Shown: positions 1 to 9,851, counted from the stretch's first letter. The stretch: DNA of 64,000 bases from Vicinamibacterales bacterium (GCA_038320555.1 JBBQEJ010000001.1:17222-81221), one strand, 5' to 3'. A program made the numbers and translations. The notes: generated by a model from the letters alone, not told the origin.

Positions 1-843
1 TCCCAGGATGTTCCCGCCGGCGATGTCGCCGTCGGCGCGATCGGAGAAACCGTTCGTGCCACGATACGCATCCCCTTCCAGAATCCATGTGGCTGGCCCG
101 CCCTTTCCGGAGTCCAGGCGAAATCCGGTCTGTCCCAATTGCACCGCGTCCCCGGCGCTCTGTCCCGTTGACGTAAACACCTGCGCGCCACGCTGGCGGT
201 ACTTCCCATACACCCGGTAAGCGCCGTCGCCAACACGCCCGCCGTGACGCATCGACCCGTACACGTGCTCATCCGAGCCGGCCGCGACCGAGACGTAATC
301 GCCGATGGTCGAGGCTGCATCCTTGGTAATCACGTTGATGACACCGTTGACCGCGTTCGCACCCCAGACCGCGCCGCCTGGCCCGCGAACGATCTCGACG
401 CGGTCGACATCGGGGAGAAGCGTGTCCTGGGCATCCCAAAACGTGCCGGACGTCAGCGGCGAGTACAGGCTGCGGCCGTCCATCAAAACAAGGAGCTTAT
501 TGGCGGGATTCGTCGCGAACCCACGGAGGCTCGATGCCCATGTGCTGGAATTCACCCGGGCCACATCCACGCCATCACCGAGGCGGATCACCTCGGCAAG
601 CGACGTGATTCCGTTCCGGAAGATATCTTCAGAACTGATGACGCTGATGGCGGCCGCGGTTTCGGAGAGCTTCTCAGGCCGGCGCGAGGCGGAAGTCACG
701 TCAATCTGCGCCAGCTCTTCAATGCTCAGGCGCTTGAGATCCTGGGGAATGCTCCCGGCTGCTTGGGTCGTTTGCGCGGACACGGGAGGAGAGCACATGA
801 GAGTGCACACTACGATCAACGCGGTTGCGACCCTGCTGTTCAT
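1..843 (-). CDS. TonB-dependent receptor, N-terminal part (gene continues past the window start)
   Basis: Absent from the ORF track because it runs off the edge. My minus-strand translation from the ATG at 843 gives MNSRVATALIVVCTLMCSPPVSAQ (signal peptide). Plug-domain style motifs follow: LSIEELAQIDVTSASRRPEKLSETAAAISVISSEDI and VDRVEIVRGPGGAVWGANAVNGVINVITK. The frame stays open to position 1. Confidence 0.75.
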   Translation of the reverse strand, partial: MNSRVATALIVVCTLMCSPPVSAQTTQAAGSIPQDLKRLSIEELAQIDVTSASRRPEKLSETAAAISVISSEDIFRNGITSLAEVIRLGDGVDVARVNSSTWASSLRGFATNPANKLLVLMDGRSLYSPLTSGTFWDAQDTLLPDVDRVEIVRGPGGAVWGANAVNGVINVITKDAASTIGDYVSVAAGSDEHVYGSMRHGGRVGDGAYRVYGKYRQRGAQVFTSTGQSAGDAVQLGQTGFRLDSGKGGPATWILEGDAYRGTNGFSDRADGDIAGGNILG

Positions 844-936
844 GGCACTCTGGGGATTCTCGGTTTCCAGACGGACGCGCAGTATGCTCTGCGCAAACTC
901 GAGCGATTGATATGGCTGAGGTCGGGCCTATCACGG

Positions 937-1959
937 TCAGTGCAAACGGTCGGAGAGCAGCGCGACGCTGAGCGCGTAGGTATGCGCGCAGTTATACCCG
1001 AGGATCGAGTCGTAGTTTGGATACAGAAGAAAGCTGCGCGAGCCGGCCAGCACGAGGGAAGCCTGGACAGCGCTCGAAGGCACCGGAGCGCCGGTCATGG
1101 TGCGAAGACCCATCCGCTTCCATGCGCTCAGCGGGCGCGGATCCGTCATGGCCCGTTCCGCGCGGCACCCGGCTTCCCTGACTGGAATCGCCGCGGCGCT
1201 CGCGCGAACCTTTGCGGGCAATTTCACTTCCCGCCCCCAGCCGTCCCCTTTCGCCCACCCGTGTTGCTTGAGGAAATTCGCGACCGAGGCAAACACGTCG
1301 GCTTCCGAGCTCCAGATGTCACGCCGGCCGTCGCCGTCAAAGTCCTCGGCGTACTGCAGGTAACTCGAGGGCATGAATTGCGGCTGCCCGAGCGCTCCTG
1401 CCCAGGATCCTTTCAGCCGATCCAGCTCGATATCGCCACGGTTCAGAATCTCGAGCGCGCTGAAGAGCTCGTTGCGGAACATTGCCCCGCGCCGGTCGTC
1501 GTAGGCGAGGGTGGTGAGCGTGGGGATGGTCGGACGGACGCCCGCGAAACGTCCGAAATTCGATTCGAGCCCCCACACCGCCACCACGATACGCGGGCTG
1601 ACGCCGTACTGCTCCCCGATCCGCCTGAGCAGCGCACGATGATGCGAGTACATCTCCTGCGCGGTCTTGATGGTCTTTCGCGTGAGCCTTCGCTTCAGGT
1701 ATGTCGAGAGGTCGAGTGTGAACTCGGCCTGCGCCCGGTCGCGCTCGAGGATTTGCTCGACCGGCTCGACGCCGGCGAAGGCCTGTTCGAGAATCTCCGG
1801 CCGGATGCCCCGCGTCGCGGCTTCGGCGCGCAGGGCGCCCAGCCAGAGCTCAAAGGGAAGAGGTAGCGGCTCGACCGGCGCGAGAGACGGGGTTTGTTGC
1901 GCGGTCGACGGGACGGCGGCTATGTTGATCGCCAGCAGAACAGCAGCAATACGCCCCAT
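937..1959 (-). CDS. mltB: lytic murein transglycosylase (MltB family)
   Basis: 340 aa with a signal peptide. Motifs WGLESNFG, GALGQPQFMPSSY and DFDGDGRRDIW are typical of the MltB/SLT_2 family. Confidence 0.85.
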   Translation of the reverse strand: MGRIAAVLLAINIAAVPSTAQQTPSLAPVEPLPLPFELWLGALRAEAATRGIRPEILEQAFAGVEPVEQILERDRAQAEFTLDLSTYLKRRLTRKTIKTAQEMYSHHRALLRRIGEQYGVSPRIVVAVWGLESNFGRFAGVRPTIPTLTTLAYDDRRGAMFRNELFSALEILNRGDIELDRLKGSWAGALGQPQFMPSSYLQYAEDFDGDGRRDIWSSEADVFASVANFLKQHGWAKGDGWGREVKLPAKVRASAAAIPVREAGCRAERAMTDPRPLSAWKRMGLRTMTGAPVPSSAVQASLVLAGSRSFLLYPNYDSILGYNCAHTYALSVALLSDRLH

Positions 1960-2031
1960 GATTCATTGTAGCAGCCGCGTTGACCCGCGACGCTTCTATT
2001 GAAGCCACGGGCTTTCCTTGTCCCTTGTAAC

Positions 2032-3351
2032 CTATCTCCAGGGCACCAGTCTCTCGATCCACTGGATGCGCATCAGGTCGTTGTAAATCACCGTGACCAT
2101 CAGCATCAGGAGCAGCACGAAGCCGGCGAGCAGCATCTTCTCCTTCACCTTCATGCTGAAATCGCGGCGCGAGACACCTTCGAGCGCGAGGATCGCGATG
2201 TGGCCGCCGTCGAGCACTGGAATGGGCATCAGGTTCAGCATCCCGAGGTTCAGGCTGATCATCGCCATCAGGCTGAAGAGCTGCAGCCATCCCTGCTCGG
2301 CCGCGGTCCCCGAGAGATCCGCGATCGCCACCGGCCCCATCAGCTGCTTCACCGACGTCTCGTGCGTGAAGAGGCCGCCGAGCGTCTGTACAATGAGCTT
2401 CGCCCACGTCCAGTTCTGCTCGACGCTCATCTTGAGCGCTTCGAAGGGACCCGGCTCGACCGTCCGCAACTCGAACGCGTTGAGCTGCGCGCCGATCATC
2501 ACCGCATTGCCGAGCCGCCGGGGCGTGACCGTGATCTCCTGCTCGACGCCGTTCCGCTTGATCACCAGGGGAAGCGGCTTGCCCTCGTTCGCCTTGATCA
2601 ATTCCACGAGCCGCTTCTGCGTGACGTCGCGCTCACCCGCCGCCGCCATCACGATGTCGCCGGGTCGGAGGCCGGCTTCAAACCCCGGGGCCCCGTGCTG
2701 GAGGGACGTGATCTGCGGGTGCATCTCCGGCATCAGGCCCAGATCGCCGAGGGTGTATTTTCCGACCGCCGCCGGCACCGCTTTGATCTCGAGCGTGCGC
2801 CCGCCGCGATCGACCGTCAGGGAGATCTGCCGGTTCGCCTTCGGCATGACCTCCATGTAAAACTGCTCCCAGGTCTCGACGGGCCTCCCGTCGACGCTCA
2901 CGATCCGGTCGCCGGGTTGAATGCCCGCGGCCTTCCCGGCCGATTGGTCGGCGGTTCCACCGACGACAACGGGTTGCTGTTCGAACGCGGGGGCCGGCGC
3001 CCCCTGGTACAGGACGACCGCCATCACGATGACGGCCAGCGCCAGGTTCATGACGGGCCCCATGACGAGGACCTGGAACCGCTGCCATTTCGACTTCGAC
3101 AGGAATTCATCCGAGGCGCCGGTGAGCGGATCGTCCGGGTTCTCGCCGGCCATCTTCACGTAGCCGCCGAGCGGCACGGCGCTGATGCAGTATTCGGTGT
3201 CACCGCGCCGGAACCCGATCAGTTTCGGACCGAAGCCGAGCGAAAAGGTGAGCACCCGCACGCCGATGCGGCGCGCCATCATGAAGTGGCCGAGCTCGTG
3301 CACGAAGATCAGCACGCCGAGCACGAAAACAAACGCAAAAATGCTGTTCAC
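2032..3351 (-). CDS. rseP: RIP zinc metalloprotease RseP
   Basis: HELGHFMMAR zinc motif at the N-terminus, PDZ-like middle region, and C-terminal LNLMPIPVLDGG motif. It is the last gene of the uppS-cdsA-dxr-rseP cluster. Confidence 0.9.
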   Translation of the reverse strand: MNSIFAFVFVLGVLIFVHELGHFMMARRIGVRVLTFSLGFGPKLIGFRRGDTEYCISAVPLGGYVKMAGENPDDPLTGASDEFLSKSKWQRFQVLVMGPVMNLALAVIVMAVVLYQGAPAPAFEQQPVVVGGTADQSAGKAAGIQPGDRIVSVDGRPVETWEQFYMEVMPKANRQISLTVDRGGRTLEIKAVPAAVGKYTLGDLGLMPEMHPQITSLQHGAPGFEAGLRPGDIVMAAAGERDVTQKRLVELIKANEGKPLPLVIKRNGVEQEITVTPRRLGNAVMIGAQLNAFELRTVEPGPFEALKMSVEQNWTWAKLIVQTLGGLFTHETSVKQLMGPVAIADLSGTAAEQGWLQLFSLMAMISLNLGMLNLMPIPVLDGGHIAILALEGVSRRDFSMKVKEKMLLAGFVLLLMLMVTVIYNDLMRIQWIERLVPWR

Positions 3352-3362
3352 AAGTGGCCCCT

Positions 3363-3418
3363 GTTCGCGGCTCGCGGCTCCTGGTTCGCGGCTCGTGGTC
3401 CCCGCTCGCGGCTCGGCC
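3363..3418. repeat. phased heptamer array (GYTCGYG units) in the dxr-rseP spacer
   Basis: GTTCGCG GCTCGCG GCTCCTG GTTCGCG GCTCGTG read directly from the sequence, inside an operon. Confidence 0.8.
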
Positions 3419-3472
3419 CGTGGTGAAAGCCCGGCACCGCCCCGAATGCTGCCGGATCTTCACCACGGGCCG

Positions 3473-4660
3473 CTAAACCTTTGATTGTACCCCACCGGCC
3501 GCGGTTGACGCGAAATCCCGAGCCCAGTGGTCGATCGCCCGCACGTCGCCAAGCTCCCGCACGGGCTTCGGCCCGTCGTGCTCGTACGCGTCCATCGCCT
3601 GCCCAATCAGGGCGGCAATCGCCGGAAAGGCAATCCGGCGATCGAGAAAGGCGGATACCGCCACCTCGTTGACGGCGTTGAGCACGATCGGCAGCCCCGC
3701 GTCTCCCGCCAGGGCGCGAAACGCAAGCGCCAGACACGGAAACCGGGCAGTGTCGGGCGCCGCGAAATCGAGCCGGCCCGCGCGGACGAGATCGAGCGGC
3801 GGCGTGGGGGCGTTCCAGCGCGCCGGATATGAAAACGCGTACTGGATCGGCAGCCGCATGTCGGTCACGCCAAGCTGCGCGATGATCGATCCGTCCACGA
3901 GCTCCACCATCGAGTGGACGATCGACTGCGGGTGCACGAGGACGACGATGCGCTCCGGACCGACGTCGAACAGCCACCGCGCCTCGATCACCTCCAGCCC
4001 CTTGTTCATCAACGTCGCCGAATCAATTGTGATCTTCGGTCCCATCGTCCAGGTCGGGTGCCGCAGCGCTTCCTCGGGGGTGACCTTCTCGAGGTCCTCT
4101 TTGGACATGTCCCGGAAAGGTCCGCCCGAGGCAGTCAGGATCAGCCGCCGCACGTCGGCGGGCGATCGCCCGTGAAGGCACTGGTGGATGGCGTTGTGCT
4201 CGCTGTCCACCGGAAGGACCGCCACGCCCTTCCTGCGCGCCGCCTCCATGACGATCGCGCCCGCCATCACGAGGATTTCCTTGTTCGCGAGTGCAATCGT
4301 CTTGCCGGCCTCGATCGCCGCCAGCACGGCGTCGAGCGCCGCGGTACCGGACGAAGCGAAGAGCACGACGTCGGCATCCGGATGCGTGGCAACCGCGATC
4401 AGGCCGTCGGGACCGCTCACCGCGCGAGGCGCGGCGCCGAAACCCCGCTGCCGGAGCGCCGTGCAGGCATCCGACAGGGCCTGCGGCGTCGACATCGCAA
4501 TCGTGTCCGGCATGAAGAGGGCTACCTGCTCGATGAAACGCGCGGTGTTCTCCCCCGCCGCCAGGGCCACCACCTGAAGGCGATCGGGGTGCGCCGCCGC
4601 CACCGCCAGCGCGCTCTGTCCGATGGAACCGGTCGATCCGACGACGGCTATGCGGGTCAT
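3473..4660 (-). CDS. dxr: 1-deoxy-D-xylulose 5-phosphate reductoisomerase
   Basis: VVGSTGSIGQSAL NADPH-binding N-terminus and motifs LANKE and PVDSEHNAI. Length is 395 aa. Confidence 0.95.
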   Translation of the reverse strand: MTRIAVVGSTGSIGQSALAVAAAHPDRLQVVALAAGENTARFIEQVALFMPDTIAMSTPQALSDACTALRQRGFGAAPRAVSGPDGLIAVATHPDADVVLFASSGTAALDAVLAAIEAGKTIALANKEILVMAGAIVMEAARRKGVAVLPVDSEHNAIHQCLHGRSPADVRRLILTASGGPFRDMSKEDLEKVTPEEALRHPTWTMGPKITIDSATLMNKGLEVIEARWLFDVGPERIVVLVHPQSIVHSMVELVDGSIIAQLGVTDMRLPIQYAFSYPARWNAPTPPLDLVRAGRLDFAAPDTARFPCLALAFRALAGDAGLPIVLNAVNEVAVSAFLDRRIAFPAIAALIGQAMDAYEHDGPKPVRELGDVRAIDHWARDFASTAAGGVQSKV

Positions 4661-4679
4661 TCAGGGCCTGGGGTTGCGA

Positions 4680-5468
4680 TCAAAACTGCAAGTACCGCAC
4701 GAAAACGTAATACACGGGTGCGGCGAACAGCCAGCTGTCGATGCGGTCGAGCACGCCGCCATGGCCGGGGATGAGCGCCCCCGAATCCTTCATGCCGGCG
4801 CTGCGCTTCAGCAACGACTCGAACAGGTCGCCGACGATGCCGAGCGCGGCGACGCTGGCGCCGGTGAGCGCCGAGAGCGCGAGCGGACGATCGGGAAACA
4901 CCAGACGCGCGCCGACCACGAACGCGGCGGTACCGCACACGAGCCCGCCGATTGCCCCTTCGAGCGTTTTCTTCGGACTGATTGACGGCGCAAGCGGCCG
5001 GCGGCCGAGCGCGCGGCCGGTGTAATACTGCGCCGAGTCGCTGACGACAATGGCGACCACCATCAGGAGGAGGGCCCCCCGGCCGCCGGTCGCGCGGATC
5101 GCGGCGAGCGCGCCGAGAGGCAGTCCGATGTAGCCGATGGGAAAGACCGCGGCCGCCATGTCGCGGAGGATCGCGGGCCCCGGCCGGCCCGCTCCGACCG
5201 CCAACGCGCCGAGGGTGATGACGGCGGTCATCACCACGACGTCCACCGCCATCCATCCGCCGCCGAGCGCGCCGCAGGCCGCGACCACGGCGGTGCCGGC
5301 AACCGCGCGCGGCACGCGCGCACCGAGCGCCGCCGCGATATTCGCGTACTCGACAAACGCCAGTGCCGCCGCCAGCAACGACAAGATCAGCGTCGCAACG
5401 GGCGGAAGAAACCAGACGGCGCCGATGACGAGCGGCAGCAGCACGAGCGCGCTGAGAACGCGCGTCAT
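4680..5468 (-). CDS. cdsA: phosphatidate cytidylyltransferase
   Basis: Polytopic membrane protein with the C-terminal SLLKRSAGMKDSGALIPGHGGVLDRIDS signature. Confidence 0.85.
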   Translation of the reverse strand: MTRVLSALVLLPLVIGAVWFLPPVATLILSLLAAALAFVEYANIAAALGARVPRAVAGTAVVAACGALGGGWMAVDVVVMTAVITLGALAVGAGRPGPAILRDMAAAVFPIGYIGLPLGALAAIRATGGRGALLLMVVAIVVSDSAQYYTGRALGRRPLAPSISPKKTLEGAIGGLVCGTAAFVVGARLVFPDRPLALSALTGASVAALGIVGDLFESLLKRSAGMKDSGALIPGHGGVLDRIDSWLFAAPVYYVFVRYLQF

Positions 5469-5574
5469 GTAATCAGGGCTAGCGGGTGGCGGCTAGCGGC
5501 TTGCGACTGGCGGTTGGCGGCTAGCGGCTGGCAGTTAGCGGCTGGCAGTTGGCGGCTAGCGGCCAGGCGTGGCG
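5469..5574. repeat. intergenic repeat array with three copies of GGCGGCTAGCGGC plus CTGGCAGTT units
   Basis: The 13-mer sits at 5487, 5515 and 5550. Its reverse complement GCCGCTAGCCGCC recurs at 47856-47868 inside the BMC operon. Confidence 0.85.
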
Positions 5575-6360
5575 TCATCGTCCGGCCACCGCCGGCTGAT
5601 TGATGCCGCCGTACCGGCGATCGCGCTTCTGGTAGGCCAGGATGGCTTCGAGCAGGTGGCGCTTGCGGAAGTCGGGCCACAGCGTGTCTGTGACCCAGAT
5701 TTCGGCGTACGCGATCTGCCAGAGCAGGAAGTTGCTGACGCGCATCTCGCCGCTCGTGCGAATCAGCAGATCGGGATCGGGTTGTCCGGCGGTGTAGAGA
5801 AAATCGCTGAAGCGCTGCTCGTCGAGATCCGAGGCCGTGATGCCGGACGCGATCGCGCGGCGCGCCGCCTCGACGATCTCGGCGCGGCCGCCGTAGTTGA
5901 GCGCGATGTTGAACAACATCCCGGCGTTTCGCGCGGTCTGCTCCTCCGCCATTTTCAGCTCGCGCCGCACGTCGGGCGCGAGCTCCTCTTCCCGGCCGAT
6001 CACGGCGAAGCGGATGTCGTTGCGGAGAAGGGTGTTCAACTCGAGCCGCAGGTATCGCTTCAGCAGCGACATGAGCGTCGAGACTTCCGTGATCGGACGT
6101 TTCCAGTTCTCGACCGAGAAGGCGTAGAGCGTAAGGACCTTGATGCCCAGCCGCGCGGACGACTCCACGATGTCGCGGACCGAGTCGATCCCGGCGCGAT
6201 GCCCCTCCACGCGGGGCAGGTGGCGTTGTGCGGCCCAGCGCCCGTTGCCGTCCATGATCACGGCGACGTGGCGCGGCAACCGGTCGAAATTCACCTGCCG
6301 TGCCAGCGCCTCTTCGGGCGACCCGGCCGGCACGACGGAGAGAATGTCCTGGAGCGACAT
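5575..6360 (-). CDS. uppS: isoprenyl transferase (undecaprenyl diphosphate synthase)
   Basis: HVAVIMDGNGRWA, ENWKRP, RTSGEMRVSNFLLWQ and YAEI motifs. Confidence 0.95.
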   Translation of the reverse strand: MSLQDILSVVPAGSPEEALARQVNFDRLPRHVAVIMDGNGRWAAQRHLPRVEGHRAGIDSVRDIVESSARLGIKVLTLYAFSVENWKRPITEVSTLMSLLKRYLRLELNTLLRNDIRFAVIGREEELAPDVRRELKMAEEQTARNAGMLFNIALNYGGRAEIVEAARRAIASGITASDLDEQRFSDFLYTAGQPDPDLLIRTSGEMRVSNFLLWQIAYAEIWVTDTLWPDFRKRHLLEAILAYQKRDRRYGGINQPAVAGR

Positions 6361-6450
6361 GGCTGCTGGCCGAATTTAAACCTTGATGATACAGGGTGTT
6401 ACGGGCACCCGACAAGTGACGTTGTTTCGGGGGCCCGGCGCACGTGCCAA

Positions 6451-6467
6451 ACTTTGCTATGCAAAGT
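6451..6467. promoter_or_regulatory. perfect palindrome ACTTTGC-TAT-GCAAAGT upstream of the uppS operon
   Basis: 7-bp arms with a 3-bp spacer, in a relatively AT-rich patch about 90 bp upstream of the uppS start. A binding role is speculative. Confidence 0.25.
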
Positions 6468-6566
6468 GTATCACGCTCCTTCGCGGGTCGTGGAGTTCAG
6501 CTCGGGAGATGGGCACCTGTACGGTGATCGTATAGCCCCGACAGGACGAACCGCGAATCGCGAACG

Positions 6567-7310
6567 TCAGTAATTGACGTGCACGAGAAACAGGCCCTGG
6601 GGGGGCGCGGTGGGGCCGGCCTGCGTGCGATCGCGGGAGGCCAGGATATCGGCGACACGGGAAGGCGGCCAGCGGCCCGCCCCCACCTCGGCGAGCGTGC
6701 CGGCAATGTTGCGGACCATGTGCCGGAGGAAGCCTTGCGCTTCAATCCGCATCACGAGCGGACGATCGTACTCGCCTCCCTCTTGCCACTCGATAGCGCG
6801 AACGGTCCGCTCGGTCGAGGCGACCGCGGCGCCCCCGCCCTGGAAGGCGGCAAAATCGTGCGCACCGACGAGCAGCGTCGAGCCCTCGCGCATCGTGCCG
6901 AGATCGAGCGGCCGGGCGAGATGCCAGACGTAGCGATGGAGAAAGGACGAGACGATCGGCGCAGTCACTATCCGGTATTCGTAGACTTTCCCGACCGCGC
7001 TGAAGCGCGCGTGAAACTGCGGCTCGACTTCCTCGATGACGAGCACGCGCACGTCGGGCGGCAGGACGGCGTTCAACGCGCGGGTCAGGGCCGGCGGGTC
7101 AATGCCGGCTTCGAGGCGGATCGTCGCGATCTGCGCCAGCGCGTGCACGCCGGCATCCGTGCGGCCGGCGCCGTGGACGGTGATGGGGCTGCCCTCGATC
7201 CGCGTGAGGGCCTCTTCGAGCAATCCCTGGATCGACACCCCCGCGGCCTGACGCTGCCAGCCGACGTAGTTGGTCCCGTCGTACTGGAGCGTGATCTTCA
7301 GGTTCCGCAT
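6567..7310 (-). CDS. truA: tRNA pseudouridine(38-40) synthase
   Basis: LQYDGTNYVGWQRQ and HGAGRTDAGVHA catalytic-Asp motifs. Length is 247 aa. Confidence 0.9.
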   Translation of the reverse strand: MRNLKITLQYDGTNYVGWQRQAAGVSIQGLLEEALTRIEGSPITVHGAGRTDAGVHALAQIATIRLEAGIDPPALTRALNAVLPPDVRVLVIEEVEPQFHARFSAVGKVYEYRIVTAPIVSSFLHRYVWHLARPLDLGTMREGSTLLVGAHDFAAFQGGGAAVASTERTVRAIEWQEGGEYDRPLVMRIEAQGFLRHMVRNIAGTLAEVGAGRWPPSRVADILASRDRTQAGPTAPPQGLFLVHVNY

Positions 7311-7326
7311 CGGCGGTGCCGGCCGG

Positions 7327-7899
7327 CTACGATGCGCGCGATCCGGGCTTCACGACAGGAATGTCCTTCGCGCAGAGCGGGCAGGACTCGGGCTGGTAGG
7401 TGGGCACGTCCATCTGCACGAGGCTGAAGAGCGGCACGTTCACGCGGGCGGAATCCGTGCCGCGATCGATGATCGCCGCGGCGCCGAGCACGCGCGCACC
7501 GGCGGCCGCCGCCAGGTCGATCGTCTCGCGGGTCGATCCGCCGGTCGTGATCACGTCCTCGACGACGAGCACTCGATCCAGCGGGGTCGTCGAGAACCCG
7601 CGGCGCAGCGCAAGCCGGCCGTCCTGACGCTCGGCGAAGATCGCGCGGATGCCCAGGGCGCGCCCGACTTCCTGGCCGATCACGATGCCGCCAAGCGCGG
7701 GCGACAGCACCACCGTCGGCTGCAGGTGCCTCGTGCGTTCGGCAAGCGCTTCCCCCAGACGCGCGGCGAATTCGGGATGCTGCAGCACGAGCGCACTCTG
7801 CAGGTACCGGTCGCTGTGCAGGCCGGAGGTCAGGCGGAAGTGCCCTTCGAGAAGCGCACCCGACTGACGGAACATATCCAGGACGGCTGCGGATTCCAT
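7327..7899 (-). CDS. pyrE: orotate phosphoribosyltransferase
   Basis: GHFRLTSGLHSDRYLQ and the PRPP loop VLVVEDVITTGGS. I chose the ATG at 7899 (MESAAVLDMF...) because the longer track ORF to 8127 overlaps the divergent tolC-like gene. Confidence 0.85.
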   Translation of the reverse strand: MESAAVLDMFRQSGALLEGHFRLTSGLHSDRYLQSALVLQHPEFAARLGEALAERTRHLQPTVVLSPALGGIVIGQEVGRALGIRAIFAERQDGRLALRRGFSTTPLDRVLVVEDVITTGGSTRETIDLAAAAGARVLGAAAIIDRGTDSARVNVPLFSLVQMDVPTYQPESCPLCAKDIPVVKPGSRAS

Positions 7900-8077
7900 A
7901 TGGAGATCGGGAAAACCGGCGGATGGCGGCATACCGGCGGCGAGTAGTATACATTTTCGAAACTGTCGCGCCCCGCGCTCCGTCATACCCACAGCGGCCG
8001 AGACGCCGAGACGCGCCGTTTCTTGCTGTTCCTGACCCATCGGATTGTTGAATTTCCTGTATCTGGAGACACGTGCA

Positions 8078-9751
8078 ATGCGTTTCGAGCAACGAATATC
8101 GTCATATTTGAGATCAACGGCAGCCATCGGACTGGGGCTGTGTCTGTTCGCTTCCGGCCGTCCGGTGTTCGCATCCGAACAGGCCCCGGTAGCACAACCA
8201 CCAACTCCTGCGCCACGCGGGCAGCCGCAGACTCCGGTTCCGGTAGGTCAGTTGCCGACGACGGCTCAGCAGGGGCCCCTGGTCATCCCCGGGGCCCAGT
8301 TTCAAGTCAGCGCCGACGAAGCGGTCAGAATGGCGCTCGAGAACAATCTGGGGATCCGGGCCGAGCGGCTGAGCCCCCAGGTGCAGGCGCTCCTTAACGC
8401 GCAGACGCGGGCGAACTACGCGCCACTTCTGTTCTCGAACATGACGAAGAACAGCAACAGCAACCCCCCTCAGAATTTTCTGAGCGGCAACAACTTCGTC
8501 ACCAACGCAGGATTCCGATCCAACGCTGGCTTCGCGCAGGCGATCAAGTGGGGCGGCGGCAGCTACCAGGCGTCGCTCGATGGCTCGCGGAACACGACCA
8601 GCGATCCGACAGACCCGTTCAATCCCCGGCTCTCGTCCAACTTCAATTTCAATTTCACGCAGCCGCTGCTGAAGAACTTCTCGATCGATACGACGCGCCA
8701 GCAACTGCTGCTCGGCGAGAAGCAGCTGGAGATCGCGGATCTGCAGCTTCAGCAGCAGATCACGATGACCTCCCGCGCCGTGAAGAACGCGTACTACGAT
8801 CTCGTGGGAGCCATCGGGCAGCTCCAGGTCGCCCAGCAGTCGCTCGATCTGGCAAACGAGTCCCTGAAGAACAACCAGAGACGCGTGGAGGTCGGCACGA
8901 TTCCCCCCATCGACATCGTCGAAGCGCAGGCGGAGGTGTCGCGCAACGAGGAAGCGGTCATCATCAACGAAGCCCAGGTCAAGGCGCTCGAGGACGTGCT
9001 GCGTACGCTCATCATGAACCCGTCGCAGCCGGACTTCTGGACGGCGCACCTCGTGCCCTCTGAACAACCGGTGCTCACCCCCACGACGGTGGATGTCGAT
9101 ACCGCCGTCCGGAACGCGCTCGACAAGCGGACCGATCTCGCCCAGGCCCGCCGCCAGATGGATCAGACCGACATCAACTTGAAGTTCAACCGGAACCAGA
9201 AGCTGCCAACGGTCGACGCCGTTGTGAATTACGGTCTGGCGGGGGTTGCCGGCACTCGCACCATCTACGATACGTCGGGGGGATTCCCGGTTGCCATCGG
9301 CGCCGCGCAGCGCAGCTTCAGCGACGCCTTGCACGACATCTTCGGCAACGACTTCAAGACGTGGAGCGTGCAGTTGCAGGTGCGCTATCCCATCGGAACG
9401 AGCGCCGCCGACGCGGGGCTCGCCCAGGCCCGCGTGCAGCGCGAGCAGCAAGTGACGACGCTCCGCGCGCTCGAGCTGCAGGTCACGGCGCAGGTGCGCG
9501 ACGCGGGCCGTCAGGTCGAAACGACCCTGAAGCGGGTCGAGGCGACGCGCAAGGCGCGCGAATTCGGCGAGAAACGGTACGACGCGGAGCAGAAGCGCAT
9601 CAACGTCGGCCTGTCGACGACGTTCCAGTTGTTCCAGGCGCAGCGCGACCTGTCGAGCGCGAAGCTGGCAGAGCTGAACTCGATCATCGCCTACAACCGC
9701 GCGCTCGTGAACTTCGAGTCCGTGCAGGTGGTGCCAAGCTCCGGCCGGTAG
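8078..9751 (+). CDS. TolC-family outer membrane efflux protein
   Basis: Signal peptide MRFEQRISSYLRSTAAIGLGLCLFASGRPVFA, then two OEP-type repeats with the typical coiled-coil/beta-barrel pattern (e.g. AVRMALENNLGIRAERL). Start taken at the ATG at 8078. Confidence 0.8.
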   Translation: MRFEQRISSYLRSTAAIGLGLCLFASGRPVFASEQAPVAQPPTPAPRGQPQTPVPVGQLPTTAQQGPLVIPGAQFQVSADEAVRMALENNLGIRAERLSPQVQALLNAQTRANYAPLLFSNMTKNSNSNPPQNFLSGNNFVTNAGFRSNAGFAQAIKWGGGSYQASLDGSRNTTSDPTDPFNPRLSSNFNFNFTQPLLKNFSIDTTRQQLLLGEKQLEIADLQLQQQITMTSRAVKNAYYDLVGAIGQLQVAQQSLDLANESLKNNQRRVEVGTIPPIDIVEAQAEVSRNEEAVIINEAQVKALEDVLRTLIMNPSQPDFWTAHLVPSEQPVLTPTTVDVDTAVRNALDKRTDLAQARRQMDQTDINLKFNRNQKLPTVDAVVNYGLAGVAGTRTIYDTSGGFPVAIGAAQRSFSDALHDIFGNDFKTWSVQLQVRYPIGTSAADAGLAQARVQREQQVTTLRALELQVTAQVRDAGRQVETTLKRVEATRKAREFGEKRYDAEQKRINVGLSTTFQLFQAQRDLSSAKLAELNSIIAYNRALVNFESVQVVPSSGR

Positions 9752-9758
9752 GAGCAGT

Positions 9759-9835
9759 GCTCAGGGCTCAGGCAAGGTTCAAGGCCCGAACTCGAGCCCC
9801 GAGCCAGCCTTGAGCCTTTGCTCTGAGCCCTGCTG
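9759..9835. repeat. palindromic element built from duplicated heptamers
   Basis: GCTCAGG x2, CAAGGnn x2, GAGCCnn x2 and CCTTnnn x2, ending in CTGAGCC CTG. The left and right halves are reverse complements, giving a long imperfect hairpin. Confidence 0.8.
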
Positions 9836-9851
9836 ATATACACTTCCCCGC

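Noticed and set aside
244-1866. 540-aa plus-strand ORF, among the longer ORFs in the track
   Set aside because: It lies antisense to the well-supported mltB gene and the TonB-receptor fragment. Its Arg/Gly/His/Pro-rich composition is typical of antisense frames in high-GC DNA, and it has no recognisable motif.
1999-3426. 475-aa plus-strand ORF
   Set aside because: Antisense to rseP, with low-complexity R/H/D-rich translation.
7327-8127. 266-aa version of pyrE
   Set aside because: The first 76 residues have no PyrE similarity and overlap the divergent tolC-like gene. The ATG at 7899 gives a normal-length OPRTase.
8114-9451. 445-aa minus-strand ORF
   Set aside because: Antisense to the TolC-family gene, whose translation has a clear signal peptide and family pattern.
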